A DNA stretch of 64,000 nt from an uncultured Syntrophaceae bacterium (GCA_964484485.1 CAZAGD010000065.1:7490-71489); one strand, 5' to 3'; counted from the stretch's first letter, positions 10,967-20,399 are shown. The notes: generated from the letters alone by a model not told the origin. Program-made: numbers and translations.

Positions 10967-12867
10967 TATGAAACGGTGGTCTTTCTCTTTTTGAGGAACC
11001 AATATATTATAAAAAGCGCTACAGGGATTATAGCGGAAATGGCGTAGATAAGGTTAGGATGGAAAATAATTACTAAGGAAAAACCGGCGAGAATGAGGCG
11101 CATGAGTATGTCCACCATCTGTTTTTCACTATATTGGGCCTGCCACGCAAATACTATGCCTAAAGTTCCGGCCATCAATAGGCCCATAGCACCGAGTTGC
11201 GCTATACCAGGCTCGATAACTAATTGCGGCCGGGAAAAAACCCCTCCCATGAGCACGAAAATGACACTACATAATTGAATAGCCCGAAATAGAGTAGCAT
11301 TAAACCCGGCCTCCGCAATTTTAGACGTAACCGCCGCCGATACAGATGTGGGTGGAGTAAGTTCGCCCCATACAGCCACAAAAAAAGCAAAGAAATGAAT
11401 TACCCACGGATTTATGCCAATCTTTTGCATCGCCGGCGCAATAACTAAAACGGTAATTATATAAGTAGGCGCTGGCGGAAGACCAGTGCCTAAAAGAGAA
11501 CCTAAGATAAAAGCTATTAGAACCATAGCCACTATATTCATGCCCGCAGCTTCCATAAGGATGAAACCAATCTTTGTGGTCACCCCTGTATTCACTACTA
11601 CCCCGGTCATAATAGACAAGCTACTTAATAAAAGAGTTAAATCAAAAGTCATACTGGCAAAGTGATCGAGCATGCGCAAATAAGGTGCTCCAAATGAACG
11701 CAGAGAGCGTACGGGAGATTTTTGAAAAGCCATAAAATGAACTAAAGTAGCCGCGATAATAACGGCAATAAAGACCCGGAGAGCAGCAAGCATAGGAGGC
11801 AACTGGGTAATGCCCATCAGTAGAATCAACCCAGCAATAACTCCCCCATAAAGGATAAGATTAATTTTATCTATAAACTGCATTTCTGCCGGAATACGCA
11901 CCATCTTTTTTTGATAACGTACGGAAATTAAATATACAGCTACGCTAACCCCCAGATAATAAATTAATGCTGGAGCGTATCCTCTGGCGACGACTTCAAA
12001 GTAGCTCTTTCCTAAGAATTCGGCCATGAGGAAGGCGGCAATCCCCATGACGGGCGGCATTAATTGCCCGCCCATAGAAGAAGCGGTTTCAATGGCCGCC
12101 GCATTAACTTTAGGTATGCCACTAGCGATCATAGCTGGGATGGTGGCCGATCCGATGGTAATAGCGTTGGCTGCTCCACTACCACTTACCGTACCTACGG
12201 CCATAGATCCTAAAACTGCTGCTTGTGGTAACGCGTGGGCCGATTTATTAGCCAAACGAGAAGCTGTCTTCACGATAGATTCCACGCAACCAAAAGCGCG
12301 CATGACGCTTAAGACAAGTAAAAAAGATCCGATCAAGGTAAGAGCAAGTTGTGGGAGATTGGAAAAGACTCCGGTAGCCAGCTCTACGCTCATGGAGGTA
12401 AAAATCCTTTTCCAACTTAAGCCGGGATGGCCGAACATGCCCGGAATCAGCCAACCATAGACCGCATAAATGATCAAAATTAGATTAAGAACAAACAAAG
12501 CAAAGTGCCGCTTGCGCGTATATTCCAAAACTAAGATAAACATGAAGCCGCCGATGATTATGTCCGTGGTGTTCCACACTCCGGCCCGCACTGTACCTAT
12601 CGTTTCAAATTCCAAGCCGATATAAAAGAGGACGACGAAAGAAAGGCCCAAATAAATAAAGGCCATTATGTAATTGGCGGTAGGACTGAGCTTGGGGTAA
12701 AATTCATTCTTCCGTAAGCAATCAAGGGTAAAAAGAATAAAAGTAATGGGCAACAAAACCACCGCTAAGAGCGTTGGCCCCCCTTCGCCGGTTATATAAT
12801 AATGGAAAAGGTAACCGAAGAAGAATAAAGCAAACAGAGTATAAAGATTATTAATAAAAGACTTCAT
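10963..12867 (-). CDS. TRAP transporter fused 4TM/12TM permease (TAXI-type)
   Basis: 634-aa polytopic membrane protein with a DctM-like core and an N-terminal DctQ-like extension. Lies directly downstream of a TAXI-like solute receptor gene. Confidence 0.7.
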   Translation of the reverse strand: MKSFINNLYTLFALFFFGYLFHYYITGEGGPTLLAVVLLPITFILFTLDCLRKNEFYPKLSPTANYIMAFIYLGLSFVVLFYIGLEFETIGTVRAGVWNTTDIIIGGFMFILVLEYTRKRHFALFVLNLILIIYAVYGWLIPGMFGHPGLSWKRIFTSMSVELATGVFSNLPQLALTLIGSFLLVLSVMRAFGCVESIVKTASRLANKSAHALPQAAVLGSMAVGTVSGSGAANAITIGSATIPAMIASGIPKVNAAAIETASSMGGQLMPPVMGIAAFLMAEFLGKSYFEVVARGYAPALIYYLGVSVAVYLISVRYQKKMVRIPAEMQFIDKINLILYGGVIAGLILLMGITQLPPMLAALRVFIAVIIAATLVHFMAFQKSPVRSLRSFGAPYLRMLDHFASMTFDLTLLLSSLSIMTGVVVNTGVTTKIGFILMEAAGMNIVAMVLIAFILGSLLGTGLPPAPTYIITVLVIAPAMQKIGINPWVIHFFAFFVAVWGELTPPTSVSAAVTSKIAEAGFNATLFRAIQLCSVIFVLMGGVFSRPQLVIEPGIAQLGAMGLLMAGTLGIVFAWQAQYSEKQMVDILMRLILAGFSLVIIFHPNLIYAISAIIPVALFIIYWFLKKRKTTVSY

Positions 12868-12904
12868 TTTCTTGGTCCGTTATTTCTTATAAAAATAAAA
12901 CAAA

Positions 12905-12940
12905 AAAGTCCCGGGTAGCAAAAACCCGGGACTTAAGGAG
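12905..12940 (-). terminator. intercistronic hairpin + T-tract (attenuator/terminator) between TAXI receptor and permease genes
   Basis: Perfect 10-bp stem AGTCCCGGGT/ACCCGGGACT with a 7-nt loop. On the minus strand it is followed by TTTTTTGTTTT. Confidence 0.5.
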
Positions 12941-12947
12941 AGAATAA

Positions 12948-13976
12948 TTATTTAGCTTTGGCAATGCGCCCATCCCACTTGCTATCCCAAACATTTTTTT
13001 CGCGCATATATTTGGCCAAGCCTGGATGAATGGGCACAAAATCTACCGCTGCTTCGACACCTTGCCGTTGAAATCCGGGCATATCCTTCTGCAGCTGAAT
13101 AAAAGCACTATCTGCCTTAGCTAAATCAGTAGCATTTTTTTCAATAATGGTGAGCATCTTATAAACATCTTCTTCGGGGATTTCTAACCCCACATGGAAG
13201 CCATAATAAAAAGGCAATAAAAGCGCCTTATCTGCATGAATATTTTTCTTGAAGGCCTCTGGCTTGACTTCCATAATGGAAAATTTTGCTTTCTTCAAAA
13301 TCTCAATTTCTTCTGGACTGGGGTTCAATATCGCCCAATCTGTCCCTACAGATATTTCGATAATCCAAGGGGCGGTGGTAATTCCGGAATTGGTATAAGC
13401 GTTAAAAGCCTTTATTGTTCCTGCTTCTAATTGGGCCCCTACCGAAGAGAGATCCATTTCTCTATAGGTAAATTTTATACCTAAGGCTCGGAGAGCCCTT
13501 TCTAAATGAGCCCGCACATCCCAGGGTAAAGGTCCGGTAAAAATGGGCTGCCCGGTTAAATCACGCCATTGTTTGAATTTTCCTCTATCCTTGGCCATTA
13601 TGCCAACACCCACTTCTGTTGAAAATGCCCAGAAAGATTGTACTGGATACCTTTTAATTTGGGATTTGAAACCTTTAAAGCGGTTAATGTCGTTGGCTAA
13701 TTCGTAAAAAGCAATATCGGCGCCATAATAGCCGTCGAACTCACCAGTTGCATAACCTTTGACCGAAACAACTGCCCCCGGCGTGGGTAAGGCAGTTACT
13801 TTGTATTTGGGCAATTCTTTATTTATTAAAGCCGCCAAGTTAACCAAGGCTCTATGTCCTGAAGAACCGGCCGCCGAAGTAGCCCAACGAATATCCTTGG
13901 CCTGCCCCCAGCTTAAGGTAGTTATCGCTCCCCAAAAAACTGCGATAAATAAAAAAACAAGCCATCTTTTTTTCAT
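12948..13976 (-). CDS. TRAP transporter solute receptor, TAXI family (periplasmic)
   Basis: 342 aa with a signal peptide. SAAGSSGHRALVNLAALINKELP resembles the TAXI (TGGTGG...Y) N-terminal lobe. Paired with the fused TRAP permease. Confidence 0.6.
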   Translation of the reverse strand: MKKRWLVFLFIAVFWGAITTLSWGQAKDIRWATSAAGSSGHRALVNLAALINKELPKYKVTALPTPGAVVSVKGYATGEFDGYYGADIAFYELANDINRFKGFKSQIKRYPVQSFWAFSTEVGVGIMAKDRGKFKQWRDLTGQPIFTGPLPWDVRAHLERALRALGIKFTYREMDLSSVGAQLEAGTIKAFNAYTNSGITTAPWIIEISVGTDWAILNPSPEEIEILKKAKFSIMEVKPEAFKKNIHADKALLLPFYYGFHVGLEIPEEDVYKMLTIIEKNATDLAKADSAFIQLQKDMPGFQRQGVEAAVDFVPIHPGLAKYMREKNVWDSKWDGRIAKAK

Positions 13977-14093
13977 CTTTTACCTCCTTGGCTGAATTTT
14001 AATTTATTCTATATACTCTGCGCAAAAAGTGCAAACAAAAAATTTATTTCTTCTTAATGTCTTACTACACCTTTCTCTGCTGGCGAGAAGAAA

Positions 14094-14143
14094 AGGCTTG
14101 TCGCTTGCTAAGTATAATTCGTAAGGTAAGGGTCTAACTCCCC
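14094..14143. repeat. short repeat D (about 50 bp), copy 1
   Basis: GGCTTGTCGCTTGCTAAGTATAATTCGTAAGGTAAGGGTCTAACTCCCCC is about 80% identical to 15373-15425. Both copies lie immediately 5' of another MITE. Confidence 0.4.
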
Positions 14144-14161
14144 CAAATCCCTCTTAAGTTA

Positions 14162-14395
14162 TTAATCGGAGCAAATAAATATTTACAGTTATCACTCTTA
14201 TCTTACTCCGTGGTCTGGCTTTATCGAGTTTTCCCAATGAAATTTTGTCGTAATTACCCATAAGAAATAAAACGACATGCGGCAAGGGACAAGCACTTGC
14301 CCTACATTTGAGGTTTTTTTAATTTCTCGTAGGGCAAGCCCTTGAGGCTTGCCGAACCACGCATGAAGATGTCGTTTATTTTATGCTCCCATCAA
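14162..14395 (+). mobile_element. MITE family B, copy B1 (234 bp; IS630/Tc1-like TIRs with TA flanks)
   Basis: TIRs TTAATCGGAGCA (14162-14173) and TGCTCCCATCAA (14384-14395), flanked by TA on both sides. Three internal GC-rich hairpins (GGCAAGGG/CCCTTGCC, CTTGCCCTAC/GTAGGGCAAG, GGCAAGCC/GGCTTGCC). About 87% identical over the same 234-bp length to 48794-49027. Confidence 0.6.
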
Positions 14396-14449
14396 TAAAA
14401 GGCGGAAAGGGGGGTTATGAGATGAGGAAAGTTTATGCCGTGTAGGCAG

Positions 14450-15244
14450 TCATAAATATTGGGGCAATATCTTAACAGTATATTTATGCGCAATGCGGCG
14501 CCCCAATATGGGATCTTCCATCTCCAATTTGTAAGCATCTCCATATATTAAGCCACTCTTCGTGGCAATGGTTCCGGAAAAAAGGACGACGCCTTTCCCT
14601 TTTAAACTTTCTGCTTCGGGTATTTTCGCCATTATTTCTTGGGGTGAAAGAATTGTGCCCAAAGAGGCTTCTTGGTAAAGGATTTTTTCCTTATCTTTAA
14701 AAACCCAGCAGCGCAAAACGAGATTATCCCAATGATCTTCAATATCTGGCCAAGGCCAACATTCCTTGGCCAAACATTTGGCATACATTTGTTTGGAAGC
14801 CGGAATAGATTTCGCCTCTACCTCGCGGTCGGTATGGTCGCTACCTACGGTAACCCATATCTCTTCTCCTCGCCAAAGCAGAACATATTCAATTTCTCCA
14901 GATGACTGCGAGCTAATCACTGAAATTTCATCATCCGTAGTCAATAGATAAGTGGAAAAATTCATATAAATGGGAATTCGCGACGGACCAGCTATGCCTA
15001 ATTTGGCCAGCTCATCAATATGTTCCTGAAGCGCCTGCCGATCTTTTCCCACCCACCCACTGCAAATAAGATGATCAACGATAAAATTTAATTGTTTTGA
15101 GCCTTTTTTCTCAATAACAGTCATTGCCAGCACTTTAGGCGTTATCATTTTTGTTTCCTTTCTATTACTTATAATTGCTTTAACAATTTTATAAGATAGA
15201 AATAATATGTCAACTTTTTTGTGGTCAACTTGGTAATACCTCAC
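14450..15244 (-). CDS. conserved hypothetical protein (function unknown)
   Basis: 264-aa ORF with good coding statistics and no motif I can place. Likely start is the internal MITPKV Met. Lies between the two TRAP systems. Confidence 0.4.
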   Translation of the reverse strand: MRYYQVDHKKVDILFLSYKIVKAIISNRKETKMITPKVLAMTVIEKKGSKQLNFIVDHLICSGWVGKDRQALQEHIDELAKLGIAGPSRIPIYMNFSTYLLTTDDEISVISSQSSGEIEYVLLWRGEEIWVTVGSDHTDREVEAKSIPASKQMYAKCLAKECWPWPDIEDHWDNLVLRCWVFKDKEKILYQEASLGTILSPQEIMAKIPEAESLKGKGVVLFSGTIATKSGLIYGDAYKLEMEDPILGRRIAHKYTVKILPQYL

Positions 15245-15372
15245 GGAAGGATAGAAACTTTAATTTTTTGGGCCGGAAATTCGGAAATAATAACTTCTCT
15301 ATTAAATAACACCTTACCCAACGAAGTATTGTTGTAGGACAAAGGCTTATTCTGGTCAAGTTTAATCCGTAG

Positions 15373-15425
15373 CCTAAGGTCTTGTCGCTCGCTGGGTATA
15401 ATTCGTAATGTGAAGGTCTAACTCT
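15373..15425. repeat. short repeat D, copy 2
   Basis: GGTCTTGTCGCTCGCTGGGTATAATTCGTAATGTGAAGGTCTAACTCTCCC matches 14094-14143. Confidence 0.4.
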
Positions 15426-15429
15426 CCCT

Positions 15430-15482
15430 CTCTCCCTCCCGCCTGAATTAATCTGGAATTTAAAAACTGATCGACGGTCAGG
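15430..15482 (+). repeat. MITE family C, partial copy C3 (right half only)
   Basis: CTCTCCCTCCCGCCTGAATTAATCTGGAATTTAAAAACTGATCGACGGTCAGG matches the right arm and right TIR of C2 (53600-53662). The left arm is absent. Confidence 0.5.
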
Positions 15483-15495
15483 ACAATTTTTATTA

Positions 15496-15523
15496 TTGAC
15501 AAGCTTGAAAAAATAAGTATTTT
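15496..15523 (+). promoter_or_regulatory. sigma70-like promoter for dctPQM (TTGACA-16-TATTTT)
   Basis: -35 TTGACA at 15496-15501, 14 bp after the MITE-C right TIR. -10 TATTTT at 15518-15523. RBS GGAG lies upstream of 15572. Confidence 0.4.
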
Positions 15524-15571
15524 TTAACAAAATTAAATTAGGAGATCAATTCAAATGAGGGGGAGTAAAAA

Positions 15572-16639
15572 ATGTGTCTAAATATTTCCCGAAGAAATTT
15601 TATTAAGGCGGCCATGGTCAGCAGTATGGCCTTGGGAATAGATGGGGGAATCTTTGAATTGGCTTTTAGTCAAAATACCCACATCCGCTTCAGCACCTGG
15701 CATACCCCTTTGAGTCGAGAGGTTAAGACTGTCTGGGAACCTATGCTCAAAGCCATAAAAGAAAAAAGTAAAGGACAAATTAGCTCTACTATATATGCCG
15801 GCGGAGCATTGGGAAAAGGGCCCGAACATTTCGATATCGTGGCTAAGGGCCTTTCTGATATGGGTTATTTTACGGCTACGTGGACTCCTGGCCGCTTTCC
15901 CCTTTCAGATGTCCTCTCTTTAGCTGTTTGGGTTGATGGAAAGGATATTGGCACGGATATCGGCAATGCCATGTTTGAGAGAATTTTGCATAGAGAATTC
16001 ACCAATGTAAAGATGATCGAATTGAACGGCTGCATCCAGTCCTTCCTTTGGACTAAGAGACCAGTCCGGTCTTTGGCAGATGTCAAAGGGCTGAAAATCA
16101 GGACACCCGGCGGTCATCAAACAAATTATATCAAATCTTTGGGAGCCGAACCTATTTTTATGCCTTTGGGCGATGTTTATTTGGCCATCGAGACCGGAAC
16201 GATTGATGGCGTGGTAACCTGTCCTCCTTTGGTCATTGCTTTCAAATTATTCGAAGTGGTTAAATACGGGGTTATTGCTACCTTCGGTTGCGTCACCGAA
16301 GGAGTGGTGATGAACCTGCAAAGTTGGCAAAGAATTCCCAAAGATCATCAACAAATTATTGAATCAATAGCCCGTAATCCCTTTAGAACTACAGGGGGAT
16401 TGACGCAAAAAGCATATCAGGAGATGATGAAGGAAATTAGCCAAAAAGGAGTATCCCTTTACCAACTTCCTCCAGAAGAGGCGGAACGCTGGTATGAAAG
16501 GTTTAGAGAAGAGACCAGGAAATGGGTAGCTGATTTAGAGAGAAAAGGACTCCCGGCTAAAGAAACAGTGCGGATGTTCAATCAAGAATGCGCTAAGCGC
16601 GGTATTAGTGTAGTTGCTTTCCCCAAAGAATGGGCCTGA
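15572..16639 (+). CDS. dctP: TRAP transporter substrate-binding protein, DctP family (Tat signal)
   Basis: Twin-arginine signal SRRNFIKAAMVSSMALG. The DctP fold, including KIRTPGG, is conserved. Confidence 0.85.
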   Translation: MCLNISRRNFIKAAMVSSMALGIDGGIFELAFSQNTHIRFSTWHTPLSREVKTVWEPMLKAIKEKSKGQISSTIYAGGALGKGPEHFDIVAKGLSDMGYFTATWTPGRFPLSDVLSLAVWVDGKDIGTDIGNAMFERILHREFTNVKMIELNGCIQSFLWTKRPVRSLADVKGLKIRTPGGHQTNYIKSLGAEPIFMPLGDVYLAIETGTIDGVVTCPPLVIAFKLFEVVKYGVIATFGCVTEGVVMNLQSWQRIPKDHQQIIESIARNPFRTTGGLTQKAYQEMMKEISQKGVSLYQLPPEEAERWYERFREETRKWVADLERKGLPAKETVRMFNQECAKRGISVVAFPKEWA

Positions 16640-16645
16640 TTACAA

Positions 16646-17131
16646 ATGACCTTCAGATCCTGGATCCAAAAATTTAATTATTGCACTTGTCTCGTGGGTA
16701 TGTTCCTTCTTCTGCCTTTAATGTTTCTAACCACTGGGGATGTTTTAGGGAGGAAAATTTTAGCTAAGACGATCCCCGGCACTTTTGAGTTATCCGAATA
16801 TATTCTGGTTGTGTTCGTTTTGTTGGCGGCCGCTTATACCCAACAGGTCAAAGGACATGTAGGAGTTGACTTTTTTATTTCGCGCCTATCGTGCCGCTCG
16901 CGCCTCATTTGTCGTCTTATCACTAATCTATTAAGTCTTTTCATCATAGCCATTTTAATTGGGTATGGTTGGTGGGAGGGCATCCACGAAAAGGCTGTTT
17001 CCGATATGTTAAGAATTCCCCAATATCCCTTTCGGTTATTAATCCCTGTGGCCGGACTCTTTCTTTGGTTAGAACTATTTTTTGACCTCCAAGATGCTTT
17101 CAAAAAATTATCCAAAGGGAAAAAGCTATGA
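16646..17131 (+). CDS. dctQ: TRAP transporter small permease, DctQ family
   Basis: 161 aa with 4 TM helices, between dctP and dctM. Stop overlaps the dctM start. Confidence 0.75.
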   Translation: MTFRSWIQKFNYCTCLVGMFLLLPLMFLTTGDVLGRKILAKTIPGTFELSEYILVVFVLLAAAYTQQVKGHVGVDFFISRLSCRSRLICRLITNLLSLFIIAILIGYGWWEGIHEKAVSDMLRIPQYPFRLLIPVAGLFLWLELFFDLQDAFKKLSKGKKL

Positions 17132-18438
17132 ACCCCATTTCTGTTGGGCTTTTGGGAATTGTTCTTCTCCTCTTTCTCCTCATTTTGGGCATGCCCATCG
17201 CCTTGGTAATGATGTTAGTGGGTGTCTTGGGCATTAGTTATCTGACTTCAATTCCCGCTGCCTTCCCGGTTGTAGCTAAAACTGTTTATGAAACGGCCGC
17301 ACATTATCCTTATACCATAATTCCGCTCTTTGTTTTAATGGGTGGTTTGGCCGCCATAGGTGGCTTAACTCAAAAACTTTTTATGGCCTTTGATAAATGG
17401 TTTAGGAATTGGCCGGGGGGGTTGGGGATAGCTACTATTGTCTCCTGTGCTTTTTTTGCTGCTCTTAGCGGCTCTTCCGTGGCGGCTGCTGCCGCTATGG
17501 GATCAATAGCCATTCCCGAAATGAGACGATTCCATTACGCGCCTCAGTTGGCCGTAGGCGTGGTTGCGGCGGGCGGAACGCTGAGTTTTCTTATCCCCCC
17601 CTCATTAGGTTTCGTGGTTTATGGAGTACTTACGGAACAGTCCATTGGAAAACTTTTTATAGCTGGCCTGCTGCCGGGTTTTTTCCTTTCTTTGGCTTTT
17701 ATCATCGTCATCATCATCTTGGTGAAAAACAATCCTGCCTTAGCTCCCTTGATCTCTGGAGAAATAGGATGGAAAGAAAAAATTTCAGCCCTTTTCGACA
17801 TTTGGGAAACTATATTAGTTTTTGCCATCGTCATTGGAGGAATTTATCTGGGTATTATCAACCCTACTGAAGCCGGTGCTCTTGGCGCAACAATTCTTTT
17901 TTTGCTTACCTTGGGGAAAAGAAAATTGACCTGGCCGAATCTTTCATCTTCCCTCCGGGAAGCAGCCAGGATTTCGGTTCTGGTCCTTTTTCTAGTCGCC
18001 GGGGCAAATGTGTTCAGTTATTTTTTGGCGCTCACGACTATCCCCATGACTATTTCCAGTTGGCTAGCCGATCTCCCCTTATCCCGCTATTTTATTCTAA
18101 CTATTATCGTCCTAATTTATTTGTTATTAGGATGTTTTCTTGATGCCATCTCCATGATGGTCCTGACCATGCCGGTAATTTTTCCGGTCATTAGCAACTT
18201 AGGCTTTGATCCTATTTGGTTTGGAGTAATCTGCGTAATTATGATGGAAGCTGGACTTATTACTCCTCCGGTCGGTCTGAATATTTACACTTTAGCCGGC
18301 GTGGTCAAGGATATTCCCAGTGAAACAATCTTTAAGGGCGCCCTGCCCTTTCTTGGGGCCATGCTCGGCGTGGTTATCCTTATTACCATCTTTCCTCAAA
18401 TAGCTTTATTTCTGCCCAGGATGATGATAGGTAAGTAA
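17128..18438 (+). CDS. dctM: TRAP transporter large permease, DctM family
   Basis: 436 aa with 12 TM helices. DctM motifs (GGLGIATIVSCAFFAALSGSSVA). Confidence 0.85.
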   Translation: MNPISVGLLGIVLLLFLLILGMPIALVMMLVGVLGISYLTSIPAAFPVVAKTVYETAAHYPYTIIPLFVLMGGLAAIGGLTQKLFMAFDKWFRNWPGGLGIATIVSCAFFAALSGSSVAAAAAMGSIAIPEMRRFHYAPQLAVGVVAAGGTLSFLIPPSLGFVVYGVLTEQSIGKLFIAGLLPGFFLSLAFIIVIIILVKNNPALAPLISGEIGWKEKISALFDIWETILVFAIVIGGIYLGIINPTEAGALGATILFLLTLGKRKLTWPNLSSSLREAARISVLVLFLVAGANVFSYFLALTTIPMTISSWLADLPLSRYFILTIIVLIYLLLGCFLDAISMMVLTMPVIFPVISNLGFDPIWFGVICVIMMEAGLITPPVGLNIYTLAGVVKDIPSETIFKGALPFLGAMLGVVILITIFPQIALFLPRMMIGK

Positions 18439-18543
18439 AAATTATAATTGTAGCTAAATGGGGCATGATTATACAAAAAGACTTTAAGCATATTAAACCT
18501 TTTCTGTTGCCGGAACGTATTAAAATATGGTAATTTTCTGGCT

Positions 18544-19584
18544 ATGGGTTTTAAGACTTTAGATTGGAAAAATGGGAAACTTCTTCTCCTCGATCAGACT
18601 AAACTTCCGCGAGTCAAAATTTATGTCTCCTGCACTACGGCTCAGGATGTGGCCCAGGCCATTAAAAAAATGATCGTGCGGGGAGCTCCGGCCATCGGCG
18701 TGGCTGCTGCCTTTGGGTTTGCCTTAGGGGCCAAACAGGTTAAGAGTTCCCAACCCTCCATTTTCCAACGGGAAATGAAGAAACTGACCCAAGAATTGCT
18801 GCAGGCTCGGCCGACAGCCGTAAATCTACGTTGGGCTATAGATCGCCAGCAAAAAGTATTAGCCCAAAATATTAGCCAAGGAATAGAAGCTGTCCAAATT
18901 GCTTTGGTAAAAGAAGCTCAAAAAATTCTCCAAGAAGATGTCGCCACTAATAGGGAAATTGGCCGGCAAGGACAAATACTCATTCCCGATAACAGCAATA
19001 TTCTTACCCACTGTAATGCGGGGGCTTTGGCCACGGCTGGGTACGGAACAGCTCTGGGAGTAATTCGCGCCGCCCATGCGGCCGGCAAAAAAATTCATGT
19101 CTTTATTGACGAAACCCGTCCTTTTCTTCAAGGAGCACGCTTAACGGCCTGGGAGCTAAAACAAGACGGCATTCCTTGCACACTTATTGCTGATAATATG
19201 GCGGGAGATCTGATGCAGAGAGGGAAAATACAATTGACCATTGTCGGTGCCGACCGGATAGCGGCTAATGGGGACGTGGCCAACAAGATTGGTACTTACT
19301 CTTTGGCCTGCCTTTGCCATCTCCATGGTCTACCTTTTTACGTGGCGGCCCCGCTCTCTTCAATAGACCTTTCTACCCCCACGGGAAATCAAATTCCTAT
19401 TGAACAGCGGCCGGCAGAAGAGCTAATTTATCTGTATGGCCAGCCCCTGGCCCCCCGCAGCATAAATGTATATAACCCGGCATTTGATATTACGCCGCAA
19501 AAATTCGTTCAAGCCTTAATTACTGAAAAAGGAATTATCCGCAGACCATTAGGAAAAAATTTACACAAAATTTTCCGTGGCTAG
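18544..19584 (+). CDS. mtnA: S-methyl-5-thioribose-1-phosphate isomerase / ribose-1,5-bisphosphate isomerase (eIF-2B-like, MtnA family)
   Basis: 346 aa. RGAPAIGVAAAFG, HCNAGALAT and TGADRIAANGDVANKIGTY are MtnA/e2b2 family signatures. Confidence 0.75.
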   Translation: MGFKTLDWKNGKLLLLDQTKLPRVKIYVSCTTAQDVAQAIKKMIVRGAPAIGVAAAFGFALGAKQVKSSQPSIFQREMKKLTQELLQARPTAVNLRWAIDRQQKVLAQNISQGIEAVQIALVKEAQKILQEDVATNREIGRQGQILIPDNSNILTHCNAGALATAGYGTALGVIRAAHAAGKKIHVFIDETRPFLQGARLTAWELKQDGIPCTLIADNMAGDLMQRGKIQLTIVGADRIAANGDVANKIGTYSLACLCHLHGLPFYVAAPLSSIDLSTPTGNQIPIEQRPAEELIYLYGQPLAPRSINVYNPAFDITPQKFVQALITEKGIIRRPLGKNLHKIFRG

Positions 19585-19623
19585 TCACGATATTTTTTAG
19601 GATGTTTCTGGAAAGGAGAAAAA

Positions 19624-20070
19624 ATGATATCCCAAATTTTAGTTAATTTGATTGCCAAAAATGCCGATCCTTTAGCCCAAGCTTGGCTTAAAGATGTCCG
19701 CCAAAATCCCCAGACCCCATTTTTCCATACTTTTCGTGAAGATTTGCTCTTAGAAAGGGCGCGCAGTATCTACCAAAACTTAAGCCACTGGCTAAGCATC
19801 CCTACCCCCAAAGAAGAGACTGTTAAATATTACAAAAATTATGGCCGGGAACGTTGCCAAGAAGGATTCCCTTTGGCCGAATTAATATATTCATTTATTC
19901 TCTTCCGCCGCCACCTTTGGCTTTTTGTATTGCATTCAGGTTTTTACGATAGTGCTTATGAATTGTTGCGCGTATTGGAACTAAATAACCGGGTTATTCT
20001 TTTCTTTGACCGCGCCCTCCATAGCGTGGCCTTAGGTTATGAAGAGTGTGTGCGGCAAAAATCTCAGTAA
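19624..20070 (+). CDS. hypothetical protein
   Basis: 148-aa ORF with ordinary codon usage and no recognisable motif. Confidence 0.35.
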   Translation: MISQILVNLIAKNADPLAQAWLKDVRQNPQTPFFHTFREDLLLERARSIYQNLSHWLSIPTPKEETVKYYKNYGRERCQEGFPLAELIYSFILFRRHLWLFVLHSGFYDSAYELLRVLELNNRVILFFDRALHSVALGYEECVRQKSQ

Positions 20071-20399
20071 TCAAAATTAACTACCCCATCCGGAGTTATA
20101 ACTAAAATAGTCTTTTTCTCATCGCGGATAATGATCGTAAAGTCGTGGTAAGTGCGCCCATTGATGATTAAACCAGTAAGCTCATTATCTTGAGCGATTA
20201 CGTGGCAACCCGCATAACTTTCCAGAACGCGGCGTACTAATTCCAAGCGTTGGCCGCGCACCTTTTCTCCTCTCTCAAAGAGAATCCGCTTCTGGGCGGC
20301 GCTCTTCTCTTCGGCGTGGAGGTCAATTACCTGTCCTAAATTGCTGAGCCCTAATACCCCAAAAAATATCCAAATTTTTTTACCCATCGCAAACCTCAA
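20064..20399 (-). CDS. hypothetical secreted protein
   Basis: 111 aa with an N-terminal signal peptide (KIWIFFGVLGLSNLGQVIDLHA). Confidence 0.35.
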   Translation of the reverse strand: MRFAMGKKIWIFFGVLGLSNLGQVIDLHAEEKSAAQKRILFERGEKVRGQRLELVRRVLESYAGCHVIAQDNELTGLIINGRTYHDFTIIIRDEKKTILVITPDGVVNFDY

